The position numbers and the translations under genes were made by a program. From Kiloniellaceae bacterium (GTDB lineage Bacteria; Pseudomonadota; Alphaproteobacteria; Kiloniellales; J153): 64,000 nt of DNA. This document shows positions 1 through 9,100 of this stretch, piece by piece (position 1 is the stretch's first letter; the number at the start of each line of letters is the position of its first letter). The notes below the pieces were generated by a model, which was not told the DNA's origin, did no database searches, and worked only from the letters and a program-made list of their open reading frames with translations. Where the stretch lies: assembly GCA_021776115.1 (NCBI GenBank), contig JAJFGN010000063.1, positions 18,375 through 82,374 on the forward strand, given 5' to 3'.

Positions 1-170
1 TGCCCAAACGCCGAGGGTATGGCCGTGTTGGAGACCGTTAGGTCAATGACCTGACCCGTAGTGACAGGCGTGCCAACAGGGACGGCGAATACGGCGAAAG
101 CATTTGCCTCGCTCGACAGGACAAAACTAAAGACGGCCAACAACGCGCGAAAAAAATTAGGCTGGATCAT
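1..170 (-). CDS. Secreted protein, N-terminal part only (runs off window edge)
   Basis: Manual translation MIQPNFFRALLAVFSFVLSSEANAFAVFAVPVGTPVTTGQVIDLTVSNTAIPSAFG...; signal peptide ending ANA; AAGGA RBS upstream; same strand as the rhombosortase cassette. Confidence 0.7.
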   Translation of the reverse strand, partial: MIQPNFFRALLAVFSFVLSSEANAFAVFAVPVGTPVTTGQVIDLTVSNTAIPSAFG

Positions 171-199
171 CGTGCATTCCTTACTCTTGGCCCTAACGG

Positions 200-790
200 C
201 TATTTCAGTGCGGCCCTAACCTGGTCCAGGAACAGATCCAGTGTCATCGCGCCGTCAAATTTTCCCTGGGCATCGTCCTCTTCGTTCGGCATCGCGCCGT
301 AAACTACCCAGCCGTCTCGAACGTCGGCGATGGGTTGGCCAGCGGTGGTGAGAACCATTGTGTCGCCGCTTTCCGGGTCGTCGGTCACGACAAATAACCC
401 TTGCGCACCCATCGGAACGAAAAGGCCGTTGTCGGCTTCTACCAAAAACATGAGGTAACGCTGGTCGAGCGTAAGCTTTGGAAGACCGGGATACCACTCC
501 ATCACGTCGCCAACTTGGCCGCCGAACTGGGTCACGGAAATTACCGCGGCCGTTGTATCGCCCTTTACGATTTCCGTATCCCCAAGGGTTGCCTGGGTCA
601 CGATACGAACGTAGTCCCCGAAGAACCGCTCCATGCCTTCCAAATCGTCGACAGTGCCAACAACAATCGTGTTCGCGCGCTCGACCAAACTTGACAGGGG
701 AATGCGGCCTTCCGTGAACGCCTCTGCCGGAGCCGATGAGAGCCACAGGTAAAATGCTCCTATCAAACAAACAACAGCCCTACGCGTCAT
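200..790 (-). CDS. Secreted hypothetical protein resembling the N-terminal pro-like domain seen on matrixin-type proteases
   Basis: Signal peptide (..SAPAEA); motifs LVERANTIVVGTV, GGQVGD...PGLPKL...RYLMFL; start codon abuts the rhombosortase stop. Confidence 0.6.
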   Translation of the reverse strand: MTRRAVVCLIGAFYLWLSSAPAEAFTEGRIPLSSLVERANTIVVGTVDDLEGMERFFGDYVRIVTQATLGDTEIVKGDTTAAVISVTQFGGQVGDVMEWYPGLPKLTLDQRYLMFLVEADNGLFVPMGAQGLFVVTDDPESGDTMVLTTAGQPIADVRDGWVVYGAMPNEEDDAQGKFDGAMTLDLFLDQVRAALK

Positions 791-1483
791 CTAGTGAACC
801 CTCCATCCTCTTATACTCCTGAAGGCCGTACGACCGGAGAATCGGAACCTTCGCGCCAACTCGAAAATCAATCCCGCGGCGACGCCGTAGACGTGAGCCA
901 CGGAAACGATCGGGTACTCCGCGATGCTCTCCATCCATGAGGCCAAGTCCAATTGCTGCTCGGCGACTACTTTGAGTAAAAGAACGGATAGCACAACGAT
1001 TCCGAGAGGCCGCCGGGTTTCAATCGCCAAGCGAAGCGCGCTGCCAGCAATCAAGGCGTGTATCAAACCGGACGCCCCAAGTATCCATTGAATTTGTTCG
1101 TTGAAGACCAGAACCCCGGCGCAGATTGCTAAAGCGTAGGTCAGGAGCTTTAGAACAACCGCTCGCACGCTTTCCCGCTCATCGAACAGGTACCCCCATG
1201 CGAGCATACCGATCAGATTGCCGGTTAGGTGAAAGGAGTCCAAGTGGACGAAGTGAGACGTAATCGCTCGCCACCACTCGCCGGCGATAATTCCGCTCCG
1301 CTCGTATTCCAGCACCGAGGCCAGGTCGCTCCCGGCGATGCCAAGTAAGATCATCGGGACGGCCAGGACCATCGCCACGTGTGACGAGCGAGAAATTCCG
1401 CCAAAGGAACCGCTGTTCAAGGCGCGCTGGCCGCAGGGCATGTTCGCGTCTTGATTGCTATCGGATATTGAGGCTTGTCGCAT
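791..1483 (-). CDS. rrtA: Rhombosortase (rhomboid-family intramembrane serine protease)
   Basis: YER..I..GEWWRAITSHFVHL...HL..N, catalytic GASG and distal AHVYG; multi-TM; start uncertain (1372-1504). Confidence 0.8.
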   Translation of the reverse strand: MRQASISDSNQDANMPCGQRALNSGSFGGISRSSHVAMVLAVPMILLGIAGSDLASVLEYERSGIIAGEWWRAITSHFVHLDSFHLTGNLIGMLAWGYLFDERESVRAVVLKLLTYALAICAGVLVFNEQIQWILGASGLIHALIAGSALRLAIETRRPLGIVVLSVLLLKVVAEQQLDLASWMESIAEYPIVSVAHVYGVAAGLIFELARRFRFSGRTAFRSIRGWRVH

Positions 1484-1530
1484 TCGGCTTGTTCTCTCGA
1501 GCAACTATAGCGAAATTTCGTCGCCTCCCG

Positions 1531-2217
1531 CTACTGGGCTTTGGTGTCCCCTTTATCCTCTCCCACCCCATTCCGGGATAAATCGGCGAGCAGCGAGGTC
1601 AATCTGGTTTGGAGCAAAGTAGCCGCGCGCGACACCTGGCCTTCCTGCCGGCGGCGTATCGTCGGCAACACATCGCGATTGGCGGCGAGGCCAGCCTGCA
1701 CGAATTTCTGTCCCTGCGGGCTCACGAGGAATGCGAGGGCGGCCTCTAAATCGTCGCTGGAAAGGGCCTCGGCGTAGACGGCGCGGTAGCGCTGAATGAT
1801 CCCCTCTTCGACGCCCAGCCGGCACGCCTCGCGCGCATAGGTCCGGTACAGCATTTCAACGCGCGCGCCCGATTCTTCGCTTAACGCGCGGCCCGCGAGA
1901 ATTGTGCCAAGGGTTGCGCTAACTTGGCGCTGCGCATGGTCCCGCGCCGCGACCCGGCACTCGTCCTCTGTCGCGCTCAGATATTCCCGTATTCTGAGTT
2001 CGTCGATGACGTCGTCCACGGGCTCCGCTGTGGCCGGCGAATACGTGACTGCAAGCATGGCGCCGCCAAGCAAGCCCAAGAGTTTCGGCCGAACGTTAGC
2101 GGTCCAGATGTCGTGGAGCCTTTGCTTAGGAGCCGACACGCGATCGCTTTCCGCTGCCGTCGGATCTGCTCTTTGTTGTTGCAACTTCCACGAGAATGAC
2201 TCAAGTCCGGACGTCAT
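1531..2217 (-). CDS. Exported protein with DUF2059-like C-terminal helical motif
   Basis: Signal-like RPKLLGLLGGAMLAVTYSPATA; Y...LSSDDLEAALAFLVSPQGQKF matches the DUF2059 pattern; the ORF-track extension into ubiA is spurious. Confidence 0.55.
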   Translation of the reverse strand: MTSGLESFSWKLQQQRADPTAAESDRVSAPKQRLHDIWTANVRPKLLGLLGGAMLAVTYSPATAEPVDDVIDELRIREYLSATEDECRVAARDHAQRQVSATLGTILAGRALSEESGARVEMLYRTYAREACRLGVEEGIIQRYRAVYAEALSSDDLEAALAFLVSPQGQKFVQAGLAANRDVLPTIRRRQEGQVSRAATLLQTRLTSLLADLSRNGVGEDKGDTKAQ

Positions 2218-2303
2218 TTGCACCAAAATGCCAAAGCTTTCCAACGCGAATCGCTCAATCGGCGGACGGTAGCCCAGGTTCGGCGGCCATTGCAAAGGAC
2301 GCG

Positions 2304-3227
2304 TTACATCCCCTGCGGCATCGCGCCTGCCGCCAATATTCCACCCAAGACTAGCCAGCCGACGAAACGATTCGATTTGAATCGGGTCAGGCAGTTCGCC
2401 GCATCGCCGGTGTCGAGGGTGCCGATCTGCCAGGCGAAATGCACGGCGGCAAGCGCGATACCCAGGTAGGCCGGCCAGATCAACCCGGCGGCCCCTGTGG
2501 CGGCGAGCATGAAAACCAGGGTCAGAGCATAGAACCCGGCCAGCCACGGCTTGGTCGCCGCGCCGAACTTGAGGGCTGTGGACTTGACCCCAACCAGAAC
2601 GTCATCCTCTTTGTCCTGATGCGCGTAGATGGTGTCGTAGCCGAGGGTCCAGGCGATTCCCGCGGCGTAGAGCCAAAATGCGGGCGCGGACACTTCGCCG
2701 CGCGCGGCCGCCCATCCCAGCAGCGCGCCCCAGTTGAAAGTCAGGCCAAGCCAAGCTTGCGGCCAGTATGTCACCCGCTTTAGGAAGGGATAGATCGCGA
2801 CCAGGAGCAGGGACGCCGCGCCCAGCGCGATCGCGAAGCGATTGAGTTGGAGCAGGATCAGCAGGCCGGCGAACAGCAGCGCGGCCAAGAACACCAGGGC
2901 CCGGAATACGCTGACCTGGCCGCTGGCGATGGGGCGCGTGGAGGTGCGTGCGACTTGGGCGTCGATCTTGCGGTCGGCCAGATCGTTCAGCACACATCCG
3001 GCCCCCCGCATAACGAGGGCGCCGAGCGCGAAAAGCACGATGAGCCGAGCGTCCGGCCAGGTCCCTTCCGCGCTGGCCGCCAAGGCGAGGCTCCACCAAC
3101 AGGGGAACAGCAGCAACCAGGTGCCGATCGGCCGGTCGATGCGGATCAGGCGCAAATAGGGCCTTGCCGCCGCCGGTGCGCGGCGCAGGGACCAGTGGTC
3201 GGCGCGAATATCGCTGGCGTCGGTCAT
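2304..3227 (-). CDS. ubiA: 4-hydroxybenzoate polyprenyltransferase
   Basis: RIDRPIGTWLLLFPCWW, NDLADRKIDAQVART..RPIASG, YDTIYAHQDKEDD. Confidence 0.95.
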   Translation of the reverse strand: MTDASDIRADHWSLRRAPAAARPYLRLIRIDRPIGTWLLLFPCWWSLALAASAEGTWPDARLIVLFALGALVMRGAGCVLNDLADRKIDAQVARTSTRPIASGQVSVFRALVFLAALLFAGLLILLQLNRFAIALGAASLLLVAIYPFLKRVTYWPQAWLGLTFNWGALLGWAAARGEVSAPAFWLYAAGIAWTLGYDTIYAHQDKEDDVLVGVKSTALKFGAATKPWLAGFYALTLVFMLAATGAAGLIWPAYLGIALAAVHFAWQIGTLDTGDAANCLTRFKSNRFVGWLVLGGILAAGAMPQGM

Positions 3228-3345
3228 GGTGCTTGCCAGGCGTCCGGTCGAATCTGCCATAATCCCATTTACGCCGAGCGCGGCGACGGGCTCAAGCCCC
3301 TGAGTATTGCTTGAGGCTCGGTGGCCTGCGAAATGGATTGGTTCC

Positions 3346-4125
3346 ATGCGGACTGAAACGCGGCTTTATGTGGATGACGACCTGATCGAAGGCCGGGAAA
3401 TAGGCCTCGATCATGCGCGCGCCCACTACTTGCGCAGCGTTTTGCGTCTGACCCGGGGTACGGAGTTGGCCGTATTCAATGCCCGCGACGGCGAATGGCG
3501 GGCGCGGATCGACGGTCTCGGTAAGGGCTGGTGCTCACTCGAGGTACGGGAACGGCTGCGCGCGCCGGCGCCGGCGCCCGATGTTTGGCTGGTGTTTGCG
3601 CCGATCAAGCGCGCGCGCATCGATTTCCTGGCCGAAAAAGCGACCGAGCTTGGGGTGGCCGTGCTGCAACCGATTATGACCCGCTTTACCGCCGTCAGCC
3701 GGGTCAACACCGAACGCCTGGCCGCCAACGCGCGCGAGGCGGCCGAACAATGTGGCCGCCTGAGCGTGCCCGAGGTGCGCGCGCCGGTCGATCTGACGGC
3801 CCTTATGGCGGATTGGCCGCGCGAGCGCCGTCTGCTGGTTTGCGCCGAGGCGGGCCCGGCCCGGCCGATCGGCGTGGTGCTTGGGGAGGCCGCCGCCGAG
3901 TCCGGGCCCGGTTCTCCGGCCGGTTCCTGGGCGGTCATGACCGGGCCGGAGGGCGGCTATGCCGAAAGCGAGCTTGACGCCTTGCGCCAACTACCCTTTG
4001 TTATTCCGGTTGGTTTGGGGCCGCGCGTGCTGCGCGCCGATACCGCGGCCTTGGCGGCGCTGGCGTCGTGGCAGGCACAACTCGGCGATGGGCAGGCCCG
4101 GCCCATTTGGCGCGCATCGGGTTAG
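3346..4125 (+). CDS. rsmE: 16S rRNA m3U1498 methyltransferase
   Basis: HYLRSVLR, EKATELGV, EAAEQCGR, GPEGG, LGPRVLRADTA. Confidence 0.95.
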   Translation: MRTETRLYVDDDLIEGREIGLDHARAHYLRSVLRLTRGTELAVFNARDGEWRARIDGLGKGWCSLEVRERLRAPAPAPDVWLVFAPIKRARIDFLAEKATELGVAVLQPIMTRFTAVSRVNTERLAANAREAAEQCGRLSVPEVRAPVDLTALMADWPRERRLLVCAEAGPARPIGVVLGEAAAESGPGSPAGSWAVMTGPEGGYAESELDALRQLPFVIPVGLGPRVLRADTAALAALASWQAQLGDGQARPIWRASG

Positions 4126-4202
4126 GGTAACGGCGACCGGTACGAACCGCACGACACGCAGGTCTACCACTCCTCCCCTGGCACAACTTCCGGACCCCGA
4201 TC

Positions 4203-5570
4203 ATGTCAGCACCCCCCCAAGGCAAGGGTGAGCCGATCTCCAGCAAGGCGGAGCTGGTCGCTTACATCGAGCAGGGCAATAAGCCGCCCGAAGATTGGCG
4301 CATCGGGACCGAGCATGAAAAGCTCATTTATCTGCGCGAGGACTTGCGCCGCGCGCCCTATGACGGGCCCAACGGTATTGGGGCAATTCTGAATGGCCTG
4401 GTCGCGAAATTCGGCTGGCAAGCGATCGAGGAAGACGGCCGGCCGATCGCTCTGACCCTAGGCGACTGTAACATCACGCTCGAACCGGGCGGCCAGTTCG
4501 AGCTGTCCGGCGCGCCGCTTAAGACCATCCACGAAACCTGCAACGAGGTCCACGCGCACCTGGAGCAGGTCAAGGACGTGATGGGGCCGCTGGGCGTCGG
4601 CATGTTCGGCATCGGCTTCGAGCCGAAGTGGCCGCGCGCCGATATTCCCTGGATGCCCAAGGGGCGCTACAAGATCATGCGCGCGCAGATGGAGGCCAAA
4701 GGCAAGCTCGGCCTCGACATGATGCTGCGGACCTGCACGATCCAGGTCAATCTGGACTATGAGTCGGAAGTCGACATGGTGAAAAAATTCCGCGTCGGCT
4801 TGGCCTTGCAGCCGGTCGCCACGGCGTTGTTCGCCAATTCCCCCTTCACCGAGGGTAAGCCTAACGGCTTCTTGAGTTACCGCAGCCATATCTGGACCGA
4901 TACCGACCCGGACCGTTGCGGCATCCTGCCCTTCGTGTTCGAGGACGGCATGGGCTTCGAGCGCTATGTCGATCACGTTCTCGACGTGCCGATGTATTTC
5001 GTCTACCGCGATGGCCGTTACATCGATGCGCGCGGGCAATCTTTCCGCGACTTCATGGCCGGTAAGCTGCCGGCTTTGCCGGGCGAGATCGCGACCGGCA
5101 GCGATTGGGTCGACCACATGTCGACCTTGTTTCCCGAGGTGCGGCTGAAGCGATTCCTGGAGATGCGCGGCGCCGATGGCGGACCCTGGAAGAGTATCTG
5201 CGGTTTGCCCGCGCTTTGGGTCGGTCTCTTGTACGACCGAACGGCATTGGACGCGGCCTGGGATCTGGTTAGGGACTGGACTCGGGAGGAGCACGAGGCG
5301 CTGCGCGCCGAGGTCCCCCGCCGGGGCTTGGCGACCCCGTTTCGCGGCGGCACCCTGCGCGACGTCGCGCGCCAGGCTCTAGAGATCGCGGAGGCGGGCT
5401 TGAAGGCGCGGGCCCGGCTCGATGGCGGCGGCCTGGACGAAACTCATTTCCTCAACGATCTGCACGAGATCGCGGCTGGCGGACCGACCCCCGCCGAAGG
5501 CTTGCTCGAGGCCTACCGCGGCGCCTGGAACAAGAATATCGACGAGCTGTTCTGCGATATCTCGTATTAG
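4203..5570 (+). CDS. gshA: Glutamate--cysteine ligase (plant/alphaproteobacterial type)
   Basis: RIGTEHEK, TLEPGGQFELSGAP, PWMPKGRY, FPEVRLKRFLEMRGADGG. Confidence 0.95.
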   Translation: MSAPPQGKGEPISSKAELVAYIEQGNKPPEDWRIGTEHEKLIYLREDLRRAPYDGPNGIGAILNGLVAKFGWQAIEEDGRPIALTLGDCNITLEPGGQFELSGAPLKTIHETCNEVHAHLEQVKDVMGPLGVGMFGIGFEPKWPRADIPWMPKGRYKIMRAQMEAKGKLGLDMMLRTCTIQVNLDYESEVDMVKKFRVGLALQPVATALFANSPFTEGKPNGFLSYRSHIWTDTDPDRCGILPFVFEDGMGFERYVDHVLDVPMYFVYRDGRYIDARGQSFRDFMAGKLPALPGEIATGSDWVDHMSTLFPEVRLKRFLEMRGADGGPWKSICGLPALWVGLLYDRTALDAAWDLVRDWTREEHEALRAEVPRRGLATPFRGGTLRDVARQALEIAEAGLKARARLDGGGLDETHFLNDLHEIAAGGPTPAEGLLEAYRGAWNKNIDELFCDISY

Positions 5571-6146
5571 CGCGTGTGCTGATTAACCGGTGTTGCGCGT
5601 GGCGATGTTCGCGTTAGGCCGAGCACCGGATCTAGCGTGACTCGGTCCAGTATATCGGCGCCTGACCCGAAGCGGTCGTTGTTGCCACCGCAAGCAGAAA
5701 AGCAACCACCTGACCAGCCGGCGGGAGATGCTGGTAAGGCTGGGCGCGATGGTGGCAACGCATCGCCAGGCCGACCTGGTACGGCTCATCTTTTCAGGCC
5801 CAGCCGTGATCCATACGCAATAGGCGGTCAAATCTCTGGACGGCTCGACAAGGCCGCCCCATCATTTTTGTACCTGTGATTTTTCTGTGAATCGCCACCT
5901 GCATACCCTGTTTGGGGTATGACAAAAGCGTCATTGCCTGGCCAAGATTAGGTCTAGCTGCGATTCGGTTCGTGAGGGGGCTATCCGGGAAATTTCGGAT
6001 TGATAAGGCGAATTCCTGCCGAGGTGACAATTATTTCTTCACCTTCCGTGAACTATAAAATTCCCGCAGGAAAACTATGCGGTAGAGCCCGACAGTACCG
6101 CTCTTGTCTCCAGAATTTCATTGCCGCCGCTCCGGGAGTTTTCGCC

Positions 6147-9100
6147 ATGACTCGCACCCGCCGATTTTTTAAATACTTAATCGTCTGGACCATTTTCGCT
6201 GTGGCCCTCGCGAGTGTGCCGGACCCTGCTTCCGCGCAAAATCGCGCTTATCGCATCCAGTTGATCCCGCTAACGGGTACAACGCTGGACGGCACCCAGG
6301 AGTTCCAAGTCTCCCCTACCGGCCACGCCAACTTGACCGAGAGTGGCGATGTTCTGTTCGATTCCAATGAGCCGATCAGCACAGTCAACAGGGCGCTGGG
6401 GCTGTGGTCCGGGGACAACGTCACAATCCTGGAGTCGCTCAGCAACCCCGCGCCTCCCCCCGGCGGCGTCGTCAACTTCTATCCTTTCTTTCTCAGCCGC
6501 CCCAACAACAATGGCGACGTCACCTTTATCTCTGAATTTGGCCTTAACTCCACCGTCGCCGACCACGGCCTTTGGGCGGGACCGCCAAGCCAACTGGAGT
6601 TGATTGCGCGCAGCGGCGACCCGGCGCCCGGGACCCCGGGTCTCTCCTTTCTGCGGCTGAGAAACGATCCTCTCTACGACCTGGCGAACGTGGGTACCTA
6701 TGGCGGGTTCCTTAACGATGCGGGCGATCTGGTCTTCAGGGCGGCGATCGGGGACCCGGCCGCGTGTATCCCGGACTGCGGGCAGCAATTGCTGCAGGAG
6801 GGCCTATGGCGCCATTCGCCCTTTGGCCTGGAACTGCTCGCCCAAAGCGGCGATCCGGCGCCCGGTCTGACCGGAGAAAACTTCACGACCTTTCCGTCCT
6901 ATGTCCTGAACGGCGCCGGCGATGTCGTCTTCGTCGCCGAGACAAGTACCTTGAGCCTCGACGACCGTCTGGGCGACGGCCTTTGGGCCGGCCAAGCGGG
7001 ATCGCTGCGGCCCGTGGCCGTCAGAGGACAGGCCGCGCCTGGCACCGGCGGTTTAACCTTTACCGGGTTCCGTAGCGGCTGGTTCAGCACGTCTCAAACG
7101 TCGAACATAAGCGACCCGTCGTTTTCGTTTGGGCCGGTAACGAACAGTGCCGGCGACATCGGATTCTTCGCCCTTTCGGACCAGCGCGATGGCATTTGGA
7201 CGGAGCAGGCCGGTGTGTTGCGGCCTTTGGCTATCGTGGGAAATCCCGCGCCGGGTACCGGAGACGGTGTGTACCAAGGCCTGTCCAGCAGGGTGGACCT
7301 GAACGAGGCTGGGCAATTCGCCTTCGCCGCCGGTTTCCTGAGTTCGGCCACCTCCGCCATTGGGCTGTGGGTCGGCGATCCGGATGCATTGAACCTGGTG
7401 GTAAGCACCGATGATGTAGCGCCGGGATTCACTCCCTCGACGTTCGAGCGTTTCGGCACGCTCGATCTGAATCTCTCGGGCGACGTGGCGTTCGATGCTG
7501 TGATTCAGGATATCGAACTCGGCCAGGCGCAAGGCGTCTGGGTTGGCGGGACTGGCGGGATCTCTTCGGTTCTGCGCCACGGCGATGCGATTGAAGTCGC
7601 GCCAGGCGATATACGGACAGTGGACACTGCCTATCTGTCTTCGTTCCTGTCATCGGACAACGGCGAATCCCGCGCCATGAACGATGCCGGACAGATCAGC
7701 CTGCTCGCATTTGTCAGGGGATTGCCGGGCACCCTTCTGATTGCCACCCCAATCGATCCGGCGGCGCCCAACGGAGCGCCCATCGCCGAAGCCGGTCCGG
7801 ACCAGGCCATGACCGCGGGCCAGTTCCTCGTCCTGGACGCCTCGGGTTCGACGGACGCCGAGGGCACGCCCCTTTTCTTTTCCTGGAGCGCGGGGGGTGT
7901 CCTGCTCGGCGACGGGCCGCGGATCAGTATCCAGCCGGCCCTGGCGCCCGGCACTCACACCGTGACTCTCACGGTGACCGATCAGCAGGGCCTCAGCGCT
8001 ACGGACACCATGACCCTCACCGTGAACGCCCGGCCGGTCGCCGATGCCGGGCCGGATCAGACGGTGAGCGAAAACCAGGGCGTTTTGCTGGACGGTACTG
8101 GGTCGTTCGATCCCGACGGCGATACCCTGACCTACTCTTGGGAACAGAACGGCATAGTGGTCGCCAGCACGGCGACTGCGGCAGTTGGTCCATTCGGTGC
8201 CGGCACCCAGACTTTCACCCTGACCGTGTCCGACCCGGACGGCGCTTCGAGTTCCGACACCGTGGTTATTACTATGATCGCCGTCACTCCGGTCGCCAAT
8301 GCCGGGCCGGATCAGACGGTGAGCAACGCCCAGAGCGTTTTACTGGACGGCACTGGGTCCTCCGATCCTAACGGCGATACCTTGACCTACTCTTGGGAAC
8401 AGAACGGCATAGTGATTGCCAGCACGGCGATCGCGACCGTCGGCCCGTTCGGTGCCGGCACCCAGACTTTCACCCTGACCGTGTACGACCCGGGCGGCGC
8501 TTCGAGTTCCGACACCGTGGTTATTACCACGATAGTCGTCGCTCCGGTGGCCGATGCCGGTCCGGATCAGATAGTTGGCGAGGGCGCGGTCTTCTCGTTA
8601 GACGGCTCCGCATCCTTCGACCCGGAGGGGGGTGCTCTTACCTATACTTGGTCCCTCGGTGGTACGGTGATCGCCACTGGGGCCACCGCGACGGTCGGTC
8701 CGCTGCCGCCTGGCCTTCATATTGCTTCCCTCAGGGTTACCGACCCGCAAGGAGACTCGGCAAGCGACACCGTCTTTCTCGACGTGATCGCGTCTGAGCC
8801 GATTAACATTGCCGGTGCCATAAAGGTCCCGGGCGACCAGGCGACCATCCAGAACGCCATCGATGTCGCGGTGAACGGCGACACTGTCCTGGTTTCACCA
8901 GGAACTTATGTCGAGACCCTCAACTATCAGGGGAAAGCGATCACCTTGATCAGCGAGTTCGGCCCCGCCCTGACCGTCATCGAAGGCTCCGTCATATTTG
9001 ACTCCGGCGAAGGTCTGGATTCCGTTCTGCAAGGCTTCACCGTGCGGGACGGTGGCGGGATCTCGATCACCGGTGCTTCCCCAAAAGTTATCGGCAACAG

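Noticed and set aside
5880-6146. c-di-GMP riboswitch ahead of the adhesin-like gene
   Set aside because: No recognisable GEMM/class II consensus elements
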